From Prevotella sp. (GTDB lineage: Bacteria > Bacteroidota > Bacteroidia > Bacteroidales > Bacteroidaceae), in the NCBI GenBank assembly GCA_045613845.1, contig JAZLBU010000098.1, forward strand, positions 2,510 to 66,509: a stretch of DNA of 64,000 nucleotides. The letters are read 5' to 3'. The notes under the pieces were generated by a model. It was given only the letters and a program-made list of their open reading frames with translations, was not told the origin of the DNA and ran no database searches. Of the stretch, positions 28,701 through 38,621 are shown in pieces (position 1 is the first letter of the stretch; each line of letters begins with the position of its first letter). The translations under genes were made by a program, and so were the position numbers.

Positions 28701-29828
28701 CTACAGTCTGCGCTGCATATTGTCAATAACGGAGCGTTTCCACTGTGTGAAATCACCCATCATGATATGTTTGCGTGCATCACCCACCAACTGCAGATAG
28801 AACGAAAGGTTATGAATAGAGGCTATCTGCAGAGCCAGATATTCCTTTGCCTTAAACAGATGGTGCAGATAAGCCTTCGTGGTCACCTGGTCAATATCAC
28901 AACCATTAGGGTCTATGGGGGTAAAGTCATCCTCCCACTTCTTATTGCGCATATTCATGGTACCGTCATAAGTGAACAGGAGGGCATTACGTCCGTTGCG
29001 AGTTGGCATCACACAGTCAAACATATCCACTCCGCGCTCTATGTTTTCGAGTATGTTCCATGGAGTACCCACTCCCATCAGGTAGCGAGGCTTATCCTTT
29101 GGAAGTATCTCATTCACCACCTCTACCATATCATACATCACCTCGGTAGGTTCACCTACGGCAAGTCCGCCGATAGCGTTGCCGTCACATCCTTTGTCGG
29201 CTATGTATTTGGCAGACTCCTGGCGTAGGTCTTTATAGGTGCATCCCTGAACAATGGGAAACAGGCTCTGTTCATAACCATATAGAGGTGGACATTCGTT
29301 GAAGCGGGCTATGCAACGGTCAAGCCAGTTGTGGGTAAGCGTAAGACTGCGACGGGCATACTGCCAATCGCTCTTGCCTGGAGGACATTCATCAAACGCC
29401 ATGATGATATCGGCACCTATCACTCGCTGGGTGTCCATCACATTCTCAGGGGTGAAGATGTGGCGTGAACCATCTATATGACTCTGAAACTCACATCCAT
29501 TCTCACTCAGTTTGCGTATACCTGTGAGCGAGAAAACCTGGAAACCGCCCGAATCGGTCAGTATGGGTCTGTCCCACCCTATGAACTTATGCAGTCCGCC
29601 TGCCTTATGCAGTATATCCAGTCCTGGACGCAGGTATAGATGATAGGTATTGCCAAGGATTATCTGTGCAAGAACCTGCTTCTTGAGTTCTGAAAAATGC
29701 ACTGCCTTAACGCTGCCTACCGTACCTACAGGCATGAAGATGGGAGTAAGAATCTCACCATGAGCAGTGGTTATCTTTCCTGCCCTTGCCGAACTGTAGT
29801 CATCGGTGTGTTGTAATTCAAAAGTCAT
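28701..29828 (-). CDS. tgt: Queuine tRNA-ribosyltransferase
   Basis: TPIFMPVGT, NTYHL, TDSGGFQVFSL, PRYLMGVG and DMFDCVMPTR motifs. Confidence 0.98.
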   Translation of the reverse strand: MTFELQHTDDYSSARAGKITTAHGEILTPIFMPVGTVGSVKAVHFSELKKQVLAQIILGNTYHLYLRPGLDILHKAGGLHKFIGWDRPILTDSGGFQVFSLTGIRKLSENGCEFQSHIDGSRHIFTPENVMDTQRVIGADIIMAFDECPPGKSDWQYARRSLTLTHNWLDRCIARFNECPPLYGYEQSLFPIVQGCTYKDLRQESAKYIADKGCDGNAIGGLAVGEPTEVMYDMVEVVNEILPKDKPRYLMGVGTPWNILENIERGVDMFDCVMPTRNGRNALLFTYDGTMNMRNKKWEDDFTPIDPNGCDIDQVTTKAYLHHLFKAKEYLALQIASIHNLSFYLQLVGDARKHIMMGDFTQWKRSVIDNMQRRL

Positions 29829-32302
29829 TACTTCTTTTCCTCTGCCTTTGGAACGGTTAAATCTACAGGATTATCAACTACCTCATCAGTAAGGGCAAAA
29901 TCCCATACGTCTGAAACCTTCTCTACATAATGGAATGAAACGCCCTTGAGGTATTCGGCAGGTATTTCCTCTATATCCTTGCGATTAGCATCACATAACA
30001 CTATATCTGTGATGCCAGCACGCTTGGCAGCGAGTATCTTCTCCTTGATGCCTCCAACTGGCAACACCTTACCGCGAAGGGTTATCTCACCTGTCATAGC
30101 TACATTCTTACGCACCTTACGCTGAGTGAGCGCAGAGGCTATGGAGGTGGCTATGGTGATGCCTGCTGACGGACCGTCCTTTGGCGTTGCACCTTCTGGC
30201 ACGTGGATGTGTATGTTCCAGTTGTCGAATATCGCAGGGTCGATACCAATCTTCTCGGTATGTGCCTTGACATACTCCAGGGCTATCGTGGCACTCTCTT
30301 TCATCACATCGCCCAGATTACCCGTGAGGGTCAGTTTGCCACCCTTGCCTTTCGACAGACTGGTCTCGATGAAGAGTATCTCGCCTCCCACACTGGTCCA
30401 CGCCAGTCCTGTCACCACACCAGCATAGTCGTTGCCCTGATAGATATCACGATAGAATGGTGGTTTGCCAAGCAAATCCTCAAGATTCTCTGGTGTTATC
30501 TTTTCATAAGGCAGGGCTCCGTCACGAGTGAGGTAGAATGCCAGTTTCCTGAGACATTTGTTTATCTGCTTCTCCAGTTGTCTCACACCGCTCTCACGTG
30601 TGTAGCGCTCTATTATCTTCTCGAGCGTCGGCTTGCGGAACGTGAGCGACTTATAGGCTTTCAGTCCCGTCTTATCCTTCTCGCGAGGCACCAAGTGGCG
30701 CTTGGCTATCTCTATCTTTTCCTCCGTAGTGTAACCGCTTACCTCTATTATCTCCATACGGTCACGAAGTGGCGCAGGAATGGTGGAGAGGTCGTTGGCT
30801 GTAGCTATGAACATTACCTTTGACAGGTCATAGTCAAGGTCGAGGAAATTATCGTGGAAGGCACTGTTCTGCTCAGGGTCGAGCACTTCGAGCATAGCTG
30901 ATGCAGGATCACCATGATTGGTGTTCTGTGTCAACTTGTCTATCTCGTCGAGTATGAAGACAGGATTGCTTGAACCTGCCTTTCCTATGCTCTTGATTAT
31001 TCTGCCTGGCATAGCACCTACATAGGTGCGGCGATGACCTCTAATCTCGGCCTCGTCATGCAGTCCTCCCAGACTCACTCTGACGTATTTTCGACGCAGA
31101 GCATCGGCAATACTCTTACCCAGACTGGTCTTACCCACTCCAGGAGGACCATACAGACACAGTATCGGCGACTTAAGGTCACCACGCAATTTCAGCACGG
31201 CTATGTATTCGAGTATGCGCTCTTTTACCTTCTCCATGCCGTAATGGTCGCGGTCGAGTATCTTCTGAGCCCTTGCAAGGTCCATGTCATCATCAGTAAA
31301 CTCGCCCCAAGGCAAATCGACTATCTGTTGCAGGTAAGAGAGTTGCACGTTATAGTCGCTTGACTGGGGGTGCATCTGCTTCAGGCGCTCCATCTCCTTG
31401 TTAAAGGCTTCCTCTACCTCTTTGCCCCATTTCTTCGTCTTCGCCTTCTCCAGCAGTTTTGCCACCTCTGGCGATGAGTTTTCCTCACCCAACTCCATAT
31501 TGATGGTCTTGAGCTGATGACGCAGGAAATACTCCTTCTGCTCATTGTCTATGGTGTGCTGGGTACGGTTTTGTATGTCGAGCTTGAGGTTGGCATACTG
31601 TATCTCCCTGTTGACAAACTCCAACAGTTTGTAAGCACGGAGTTTGAGGTCGCCCAGTGACAGCAGTTCCATCTTCTCGCTCAACTTGAGCGGTATATGG
31701 TATGACACCATATTGATGAAGAACTCCGCATCCTCTATGCTGTGAAGCGACAACTGCAACTCAAAAGGCAATACATCACTCTTGTCTATGAGTTCGGCTA
31801 CTCTTGCCCTGAGGTCGCTGATAAGGGTGGTATACTCTATATTGTCTGCCTTGGGTTTCTTCTCCTTTGCTGGCACTATATGAGCACGCAAGAATGGTTC
31901 CTCTGACACCACATCAGCGATGCTACAGCGAGTCAGTCCCTGGGCTATGAAGGCATAGCGGTTTGACTGACCTGGTATCTCAAACACCTTGATAAACTGG
32001 GATATCACACCATACTCGCACAAGTCCTCGGCTGAGGGCTCTTCTATGTTGATGTCCTTCTGACAGAACATAGCAAAGTGCTGCTTGGGGTGCTTCTCTA
32101 TGTACTTCACCAGCTGCTTGGTAGCGTCACGCGCTATGGTTACTGATGCCAGCACACCAGGGAAGTTTACCATGTTACGGGTGATAAGGACGGGCATATC
32201 GCCCTCCTTGCCTGCACCGAATATTTTGTTTATATCACCGTCAAACTCAGCAAACATACGTAATGGAGAGTCTTGTGACGATGCCATTTCATGAAATATC
32301 AT
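29828..32302 (-). CDS. lon: Lon protease (endopeptidase La)
   Basis: GPPGVGKT, RGHRRTYVGAMPG, LDEIDK, PKDGPSAG and catalytic K in GGIKEK. Confidence 0.98.
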   Translation of the reverse strand: MIFHEMASSQDSPLRMFAEFDGDINKIFGAGKEGDMPVLITRNMVNFPGVLASVTIARDATKQLVKYIEKHPKQHFAMFCQKDINIEEPSAEDLCEYGVISQFIKVFEIPGQSNRYAFIAQGLTRCSIADVVSEEPFLRAHIVPAKEKKPKADNIEYTTLISDLRARVAELIDKSDVLPFELQLSLHSIEDAEFFINMVSYHIPLKLSEKMELLSLGDLKLRAYKLLEFVNREIQYANLKLDIQNRTQHTIDNEQKEYFLRHQLKTINMELGEENSSPEVAKLLEKAKTKKWGKEVEEAFNKEMERLKQMHPQSSDYNVQLSYLQQIVDLPWGEFTDDDMDLARAQKILDRDHYGMEKVKERILEYIAVLKLRGDLKSPILCLYGPPGVGKTSLGKSIADALRRKYVRVSLGGLHDEAEIRGHRRTYVGAMPGRIIKSIGKAGSSNPVFILDEIDKLTQNTNHGDPASAMLEVLDPEQNSAFHDNFLDLDYDLSKVMFIATANDLSTIPAPLRDRMEIIEVSGYTTEEKIEIAKRHLVPREKDKTGLKAYKSLTFRKPTLEKIIERYTRESGVRQLEKQINKCLRKLAFYLTRDGALPYEKITPENLEDLLGKPPFYRDIYQGNDYAGVVTGLAWTSVGGEILFIETSLSKGKGGKLTLTGNLGDVMKESATIALEYVKAHTEKIGIDPAIFDNWNIHIHVPEGATPKDGPSAGITIATSIASALTQRKVRKNVAMTGEITLRGKVLPVGGIKEKILAAKRAGITDIVLCDANRKDIEEIPAEYLKGVSFHYVEKVSDVWDFALTDEVVDNPVDLTVPKAEEKK

Positions 32303-32324
32303 ATATCTTTATACCTACTTCTTC

Positions 32325-33248
32325 CTACTGTTTCTTGCTTCTTTTCTTTACCTTCAGTTTAGGAATACGAATCTTGTCGCCAGGCTTCACCTCCTTGGTT
32401 TCGTTGAAGGCTTCTACATAACACTCCATTCCTGAACCAAGATAAGCCTTGGATATTCCCTTGAGTGTCTGTCCCTTGTAAACGGTGACTATAGTATCTA
32501 CTCCTACTATAGAGTAAGCGCCGTACTTCACACGTGCGTCCTTATTATATTTATCGAAATCTTCTGCCTGTGCCTGTTGTGCCTGAGTCTTTGCCTGAGT
32601 TTCTGCCTGCGCCTTCTTGGCTGCTTCTTCCTGCTGAGTCTTGGCTACCTCTACCTTCTGTGGCTGCTTGGCTTCACCTCCCTTGTTTGAGGCGAAATAG
32701 CCTGCCACACAGAGCACTACAGCACAGATTACACCTGCTACCACATACTTCAGTTTGCTTGAAGACTCCTCTGTAGCTGGCTCTGGTTCTGGCTCTACCT
32801 TCTTAGGTTCTTCCTTCTTTGGTTCCTCTTTCTTTGGTTCCTCTTTCTTTGGTTCCTCTTTCTTAGGCTCTTCTTCAACCTTCTTTGGTTCTTCAACAGG
32901 CTTTGGCTCTTCCTTCTTAGGTGCTGGAGTCTCGTTACCATCTACTATGACGGTCTCGAAATGAGCGAATGGCTTGTTCACCATATCACGCATCACGGCA
33001 TCGGGGGTGAAGGTTATCTTGTCGTGAGCAGCTATAACCACTCTCTCGCCAGTGTTCACATTTACCGAACTGCGTTCCTTCACCTCCTGGAGTTTGAAGG
33101 TGCCAAAGCCCTTAATCTTTACTATACGGTCCTGAAGCAATCCGTCGTTGATTACCTCTACCATGTTCTGCAGAAAATCATCTGCTATCGCCATCGACAT
33201 CTTGTGCTTCTCCACAAGAAGCTTTGCTATATCTTTTATTGTTGCCAT
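32325..33248 (-). CDS. HU/IHF-family domain fused to a KKEEP linker, a TM helix and a LysM-like C-terminal domain
   Basis: GFGTFK...NVNTGE...KITFTPD, then KKEEP repeats, the TM YVVAGVICAVVLCVAGYF and VYKGQTLKGIS...PGDKIRIP. Confidence 0.85.
   Translation of the reverse strand: MATIKDIAKLLVEKHKMSMAIADDFLQNMVEVINDGLLQDRIVKIKGFGTFKLQEVKERSSVNVNTGERVVIAAHDKITFTPDAVMRDMVNKPFAHFETVIVDGNETPAPKKEEPKPVEEPKKVEEEPKKEEPKKEEPKKEEPKKEEPKKVEPEPEPATEESSSKLKYVVAGVICAVVLCVAGYFASNKGGEAKQPQKVEVAKTQQEEAAKKAQAETQAKTQAQQAQAEDFDKYNKDARVKYGAYSIVGVDTIVTVYKGQTLKGISKAYLGSGMECYVEAFNETKEVKPGDKIRIPKLKVKKRSKKQ
32799..32922 (-). repeat. 15-bp coding repeat encoding (KKEEP)n
   Basis: Tandem near-identical 15-mers. Confidence 0.8.
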
Positions 33249-33250
33249 AA

Positions 33251-33526
33251 TTATCCCTTAATCTTATCTTTTAATGATGTTCTTGGTTTGAAGTTCACTA
33301 CGAGTTTTGGTGGAACGAGCATCTTCTGACCTGAAGCGGGATTGACTATCACTCTCTCCATACGCTTCTTCACGTCGAATGTGCCCAATCCTGACACAGC
33401 AACTGAATTGTCCTCACACAGCAGGTCAACAATGCCGTGCATCGCTGTCCTCACCACATTTTGTGCATCACCAGCAGGCAGTCCCGTCTTCTGGGCCAAT
33501 GCTGCTATAAACTCCTTGTTGTTCAT
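33251..33526 (-). CDS. HU-family DNA-binding protein
   Basis: MNNKEFI, GLGTFDV, RVIVNPASG and VPPKLVVNFKP. Confidence 0.92.
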   Translation of the reverse strand: MNNKEFIAALAQKTGLPAGDAQNVVRTAMHGIVDLLCEDNSVAVSGLGTFDVKKRMERVIVNPASGQKMLVPPKLVVNFKPRTSLKDKIKG

Positions 33527-33529
33527 CCT

Positions 33530-33751
<222 letters not shown>

Positions 33752-33762
<11 letters not shown>

Positions 33763-35053
33763 TTCCATAGAGGTCAAACTCCTCCGATCCCGTTATCTCC
33801 ACCTCATAGAACTGACCTATCTCCAAATTCTCGTCTATGGGTATCAGCACCTCGGGGTCAACCTCTGGCGAAGAGTATTCTGTTCTGCCCACATACCAGT
33901 CGCCTTCCTGTCGGTCTATTATCACCTTGAAGGTCTTGCCTATCTTTTCTGACATCAGTTCGGCTGAAATGCGTTGCTGCACCCTCATCAGTTTGTCGAG
34001 TCTCTGCTGCTTCACCTCCTCTGGCACATCGTCCTTGTAGTGCTCGGCGCTGTATGTACCCTCTTCCTCTGAGTAGGCAAAGGCTCCCATACGTTCGAAG
34101 CGTGCCCACTTCACAAATTCCACCAGTTCATCGAACTCCTCGTCCGTCTCGCCAGGGAATCCTACCATCAGCGTGGTTCTCAGCGTAATGCCTGGCACGT
34201 CTTCTCTCAGTCTGGTGATGAGGTTCATGGTCTCTTCCTTGGTGGTGTTACGACACATTCTTGTCAACACCGATGTTGAGATATGCTGCAGGGCTATGTC
34301 CATATACTTGCACACATTCTCTTTCTCTCTCATCACCTCAAGCAGTTCCATAGGGAATTGGTTGGGGTAAGCATAGTGCAGCCTTATCCACTCCACGCCC
34401 TCGATGTCTGCCATCTGCCTTATCAGGTCGGCTATCCGTCTCTTGCCGTATAGGTCTATGCCGTAATAGGTCAGCTCCTGGGCTATTATCTGAAACTCCT
34501 TCGTGCCCTCGCTCACCAGTTCTCTCACCTCGTCGAGTATCTCCTCTATGGGTCTGCTCACGTGCCTGCCCGTTATCAGCGGAATGGCGCAATAGGCACA
34601 GTGGCGGTCACAACCTTCTGAAATCTTTATATAACGGTAGTGGCGTGGCTTGTCCTTGCCGTATCTGTCGTGCTTCAGCGTCTGGTCTTCGCCCACCGTG
34701 GGCAGGGCTTCGGCAAGCTGGTTCCAGTCGAATTTACCGTAGTATCTGTCCACCTCGGGTATCTCTGTCTGCAGTTCCTTCAGGTAGCGTTGCGACAGGC
34801 ATCCCATAACGTAAAGCCTGTCTATCTCGCCCTGTTCCTTTGCCTCTGCAAACTCCAGTATGGTGTTCACGCTCTCTTCCTTGGCGTCGCCTATGAATCC
34901 GCAGGTGTTTATCACCACGGTATCACCCTCCACCTCCGTAGCGTCGATGTGGCATTCGTACCCTTTCTTCCAAAAGAGTCGCTGCAGCCTCTCGCTATCC
35001 ACGAGGTTCTTTGAGCAACCGAGCGTTACTATGTCTATCCTGCCCTGCTTCAC
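33752..35053 (-). CDS. rimO: Ribosomal protein S12 methylthiotransferase
   Basis: TLGCSKNLVDSE, NTCGFI, radical-SAM CDRHCAYC and TRAM domain GRTEYSSPEVD. GTG start. Confidence 0.97.
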
Positions 35054-36048
35054 TCTCCAAACAGACTGTTCACAAACTCTCTTCTGTCAAATTCCTGAAG
35101 GTCTTCCATACCCTCGCCCAGTCCTATATACTTCACTGGCACCTTGAGCTGGTCTGATATTCCTATCACCACACCACCCTTGGCTGTGCCGTCGAGCTTG
35201 GTTATGGCAAGACTGGTTATCTGCGTTACGTTGGCAAACTGACGAGCCTGTTCAAAGGCATTCTGACCTGTTGAGCCGTCGAGCACCAACAGCACCTCGT
35301 CTGGTGCCTCAGGCATCACCTTCTTCATCACGTCCTTTATCTTCTTCAACTCGTTCATGAGGTTCACCTTGTTGTGCAGTCTGCCTGCCGTGTCTATTAT
35401 CACCACATCGGCACCGTTGGCTTTGGCTGACGCAAGGGTGTCGTAAGCCACACTCGCTGGGTCACTACCCATCTGCTGCTTCACCACTGGCACCCCTACT
35501 CGCTCGCCCCATGCCACAAGCTGCTCTACGGCTGCTGCCCTGAAGGTGTCAGCAGCACCAAGATACACCTTCTTGCCTGCCTGCTTAAACTTATAGGCAA
35601 GCTTACCTATCGTAGTGGTCTTGCCCACACCGTTCACTCCTACCACGAGTATCACGTAAGGCTTTGACGCTCCGTCACCCCCCTTTGTACTTTGTACCTT
35701 GTCACCTTGTCCCTCGTCACCTTGTACCTTGTCACTTTGTCCCTTGTCATCGTATTCCTCCAGGAGTCCTACGATTTCCTCTCTCAGTATATTGTTGAGT
35801 TCTGACGTCGAAACATACTTGTCCCTTGCCACTCTCTCCTCTATTCGCTCTATCACCTTCAGGGTGGTGTCAACGCCCACGTCACTCGTCACGAGCACCT
35901 CCTCCAGGTTGTCGAGCACGTCGTCATCCACCTTATCCTTGCCTGCCACCGCACGCGTCAGTTTCTCAAAGACACTGCGCTTGGTCGTCTCAAGCCCTTT
36001 GTCCAGAGTTTCCTTCTTTTCTTTGCTGAAAAAACTAAAAAATCCCAT
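35050..36048 (-). CDS. ftsY: SRP receptor FtsY
   Basis: SDVGV, GVNGVGKTTT, DTFRAAA, DTAGRLH and TKLDGTAKGG motifs. Confidence 0.98.
   Translation of the reverse strand: MGFFSFFSKEKKETLDKGLETTKRSVFEKLTRAVAGKDKVDDDVLDNLEEVLVTSDVGVDTTLKVIERIEERVARDKYVSTSELNNILREEIVGLLEEYDDKGQSDKVQGDEGQGDKVQSTKGGDGASKPYVILVVGVNGVGKTTTIGKLAYKFKQAGKKVYLGAADTFRAAAVEQLVAWGERVGVPVVKQQMGSDPASVAYDTLASAKANGADVVIIDTAGRLHNKVNLMNELKKIKDVMKKVMPEAPDEVLLVLDGSTGQNAFEQARQFANVTQITSLAITKLDGTAKGGVVIGISDQLKVPVKYIGLGEGMEDLQEFDRREFVNSLFGE
35674..35750. repeat. In-frame 7+8-mer repeat array inside ftsY
   Basis: TTTGTAC/CTTGTCAC/CTTGTCC/CTCGTCAC units encode DKGQS-DKVQG-DEGQG-DKVQS-TKGGD. Confidence 0.9.
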
Positions 36049-36078
36049 TTTATCGTCTAAAAACTATACATTAGATTG

Positions 36079-36200
36079 CAAAGTTAATAAAAATTTCCCT
36101 TTTCATCGAACATTCTCCACCATTTTATTATATTTTTTGATTAGTATTAAAAAAAATTGCACATTTTGTTTGGTTAGTGTGCAAAAAATGACTACCTTTG
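36079..36200. promoter_or_regulatory. Divergent promoters (TAACTTTG on minus at 36079-36086; TACCTTTG on plus at 36193-36200)
   Basis: TAnnTTTG consensus upstream of ftsY and the acyl-CoA synthetase gene. Confidence 0.7.
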
Positions 36201-36227
36201 CACAAAATACGAAATTTTGTGCAATAA

Positions 36228-37886
36228 ATGGAAAAGACAGCCAGTTTTAATGCTTGCATCGAGCAAGCCATACTCAATTATTGGGATCTCGATGCATTAA
36301 CCGATTACAAAGGTGCTACCCTGCAGTATCATGATGTAGCACGTAAGATTGAAAAACTACACATTCTTTTTGAAAATAGTGGTGTGCAAAAGGGTGACAA
36401 GATTGCCCTCTGCGGACGTAATATGAGCAACTGGGCAGTGGCATTCCTTGCTACCCTCACCTATGGCGCTATTGCTGTTCCTATTCTGCATGAGTTTACT
36501 GCCGACCAGATTCACCATATCGTCAACCACTCTGAGGCACGACTGCTCTTTGTAGGCGATGTGGTGGCTAAGCAGATAGACCCAGCCAAGATGCCCGACC
36601 TCGAGGGTATCATCAACATCATCGACTATTCGCTGATGATTTCTCGCACTGAGAAGTTGACTTATGCCCGTGAGCACCTCAACGAGTTCTTTGGCAAGAA
36701 GTTCCCTAAATACTTCCGCAAGGAGTCCGTTAATTATTATAAGGAGGAAAGTCCTGAGCAGCTCTGCATCATCAACTACACCTCAGGCACCACTGGTTTC
36801 TCTAAGGGTGTTATGATTCCTTACCGTGCCATGTGGTCCAACCTCGACTTCGCTGGCGAGGTTCTCGACGATGTGTTGAAGCCTGGCGACAACACCATCT
36901 CCATCCTTCCTATGGCTCACATGTATGGCATGGCATTTGAGTTCATCAAGGAGTTTATGTCTGGCTGTCACATCTATTATCTCACGCGCGTACCTTCTCC
37001 AGCCGTTGTGGCTCAGGCGTTCACCGATGTCAAACCTATCATCATCATCGCCGTGCCTCTCGTCATTGAGAAGATAATACGTAAGAAGGTGTTCCCTAAG
37101 GTCACTCCAACCATCAAGATGCTGATGAAGACACCTATCCTGGGTGCTAAAATCAAGAAGAAGATTTACAACCAGGTGTATGAGGCATTCGGAGGCAAAC
37201 TCTACGAGATGATTATTGGTGGCGCTGCCCTCAATCAGGAGGTGGAGCAGTTCCTCAAGGATATACAGTTCCCTATCACCGTGGGTTATGGTGCTACCGA
37301 GTGTGCTCCTATCATAACCTACGCTGACTGGAAAACCCATAAGACTGGATCATGTGGCAGAGCAGTGGTTCACATGGAGGTAAAGATTGACTCTAAGAAC
37401 CCACATAAAGAACCTGGCGAAATCCTTGCACGAGGCATGAATGTGATGCTGGGCTATTTCAAGAATGAAGAAGCTACAGCCCAGACCCTTGACAAGGAAG
37501 GTTGGTATCACACTGGCGACCTTGGCATCATGGATAAGAAAGGCAACGTCTTCATCAAGGGACGTTCTAAGAACATGCTCCTTGGTCCTTCAGGTCAGAA
37601 CATCTTCCCTGAGGAGATAGAAGATTCACTCAACTCCCTCCCATTCGTGATGGAAAGCATCGTTGTTCAGCGTGACCAGAAACTGGTTGCCTTGGTTCAC
37701 CCAGACCTCGAAACATGCGCTGCCAACAATATGAGCAGTGACGATGTAGAACGTCAGATGAAACAAAATCTGGAGCAACTCAATGCTACCCAACCAGCAT
37801 ACTGCAAAGTAGCATACATAGAGATTCACGACGAAGAGTTCGAAAAGACTCCAAAGAAGTCTATCAAGCGCTTCCTCTATACATAA
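36228..37886 (+). CDS. Long-chain-fatty-acid--CoA ligase (AMP-binding enzyme)
   Basis: YTSGTTGFSKG, GYGATE, YHTGDLG and GRSKN motifs. Confidence 0.93.
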   Translation: MEKTASFNACIEQAILNYWDLDALTDYKGATLQYHDVARKIEKLHILFENSGVQKGDKIALCGRNMSNWAVAFLATLTYGAIAVPILHEFTADQIHHIVNHSEARLLFVGDVVAKQIDPAKMPDLEGIINIIDYSLMISRTEKLTYAREHLNEFFGKKFPKYFRKESVNYYKEESPEQLCIINYTSGTTGFSKGVMIPYRAMWSNLDFAGEVLDDVLKPGDNTISILPMAHMYGMAFEFIKEFMSGCHIYYLTRVPSPAVVAQAFTDVKPIIIIAVPLVIEKIIRKKVFPKVTPTIKMLMKTPILGAKIKKKIYNQVYEAFGGKLYEMIIGGAALNQEVEQFLKDIQFPITVGYGATECAPIITYADWKTHKTGSCGRAVVHMEVKIDSKNPHKEPGEILARGMNVMLGYFKNEEATAQTLDKEGWYHTGDLGIMDKKGNVFIKGRSKNMLLGPSGQNIFPEEIEDSLNSLPFVMESIVVQRDQKLVALVHPDLETCAANNMSSDDVERQMKQNLEQLNATQPAYCKVAYIEIHDEEFEKTPKKSIKRFLYT

Positions 37887-37908
37887 GGAAAAAGACAAAA
37901 AAGACAAA

Positions 37909-37949
37909 ATAGACTGCACCCAATTCTAATGAGTGCAGTCTATATTTTT
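37909..37949 (+). terminator. Intrinsic terminator after the acyl-CoA ligase gene
   Basis: ATAGACTGCAC...GTGCAGTCTAT 11-bp stem followed by ATTTTT. Confidence 0.8.
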
Positions 37950-37970
37950 GCACCTTGTCAAATCGCAAAA

Positions 37971-38124
37971 CGTTACAGTGCTACAGTGCTACAGTTCTAA
38001 AACGCTTATAGAAAAGGGCAAAAAAAAGCTCAAAATATATATATTATATATAATATATATTTTGCCCAATTTTTAGGGTACTTGAACACGTGTTTGGGAA
38101 CTGTAGCACTGTAGCGCTGTAGCG
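37971..38124. mobile_element. Putative non-autonomous (MITE-like) element with 27-bp terminal inverted repeats and an AT palindromic core
   Basis: 37971-37997 and 38098-38124 are inverted with 25/27 identity and are built from CTACAGTG octamers. A perfect 24-bp AT palindrome lies at 38037-38060. Mobility is inferred only. Confidence 0.55.
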
Positions 38125-38300
38125 CAGCCTAGCTGAATTGTTAAAAAATTGGTTGCACATTTTGAGAGATTTGGGCAATATTGGGCAAAAAGTGCAGTTT
38201 TTTGAAGAAAGTGTACATTGCCTTTGTAACATGTTATTATTCAGCTATTTACAAGCGTGTTTTTGGTTCAAGGAATTATTGCTTTATTTTAACAATTTCT

Positions 38301-38335
38301 GGCATGGCTTCAACAAAATGCGGCATGGCTTCAAC
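38301..38335. repeat. Direct repeat GGCATGGCTTCAAC x2, 21-bp period
   Basis: Exact 14-mers at 38301 and 38322. Confidence 0.75.
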
Positions 38336-38429
38336 GGCTTGAAGTAATGCTGGAAATTTACCCCGTCAAGAGGTGCATCACGGAAGTGTTAAAAGTTGGT
38401 GATTTCTTGCAGGGGTTAAGTTATAGTAG

Positions 38430-38437
38430 TACCTTTG
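38430..38437 (+). promoter_or_regulatory. Orphan Bacteroidetes -7 promoter with no credible downstream + strand CDS
   Basis: TACCTTTG with a TTGC -33-like element at 38407-38410. Confidence 0.6.
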
Positions 38438-38443
38438 CGTCAA

Positions 38444-38597
38444 CTTCCTGAAGGTCGTTGAACGCACCAAGGTGCTAGTTCAAGTCGCGCTGAAGCGCTG
38501 GTTCAAGTAGCGAAGCGTATCTTAGGAGCTATGCTCCGTATCGTAACAAAGAGCGACATCTTGCTAAAGGAAAGCAGGGTGTCGCTCGTTATTTATA
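38444..38597 (+). ncRNA. Candidate ~150-nt structured small RNA built from mini-hairpin modules
   Basis: Promoter at 38430, hairpins at 38464-38475, 38487-38498 and 38525-38537, and a terminator-like stem at 38551-38587. Boundaries are approximate. Confidence 0.4.
38551..38597 (+). terminator. Terminator-like hairpin, possibly bidirectional
   Basis: GAGCGACATCTTGCT...AGCAGGGTGTCGCTC forms a 15-bp stem with two G-U pairs on the + strand, followed by GTTATTT. Confidence 0.7.
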
Positions 38598-38621
38598 TAT
38601 CGTGCTTACTTGTCATGAGCG

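Noticed and set aside
38224..38254. TTGTAA-N19-TTACAA as a recombinase attachment site
   Set aside because: The arms are only 6 bp, and there is no integrase or clear second copy in the window.
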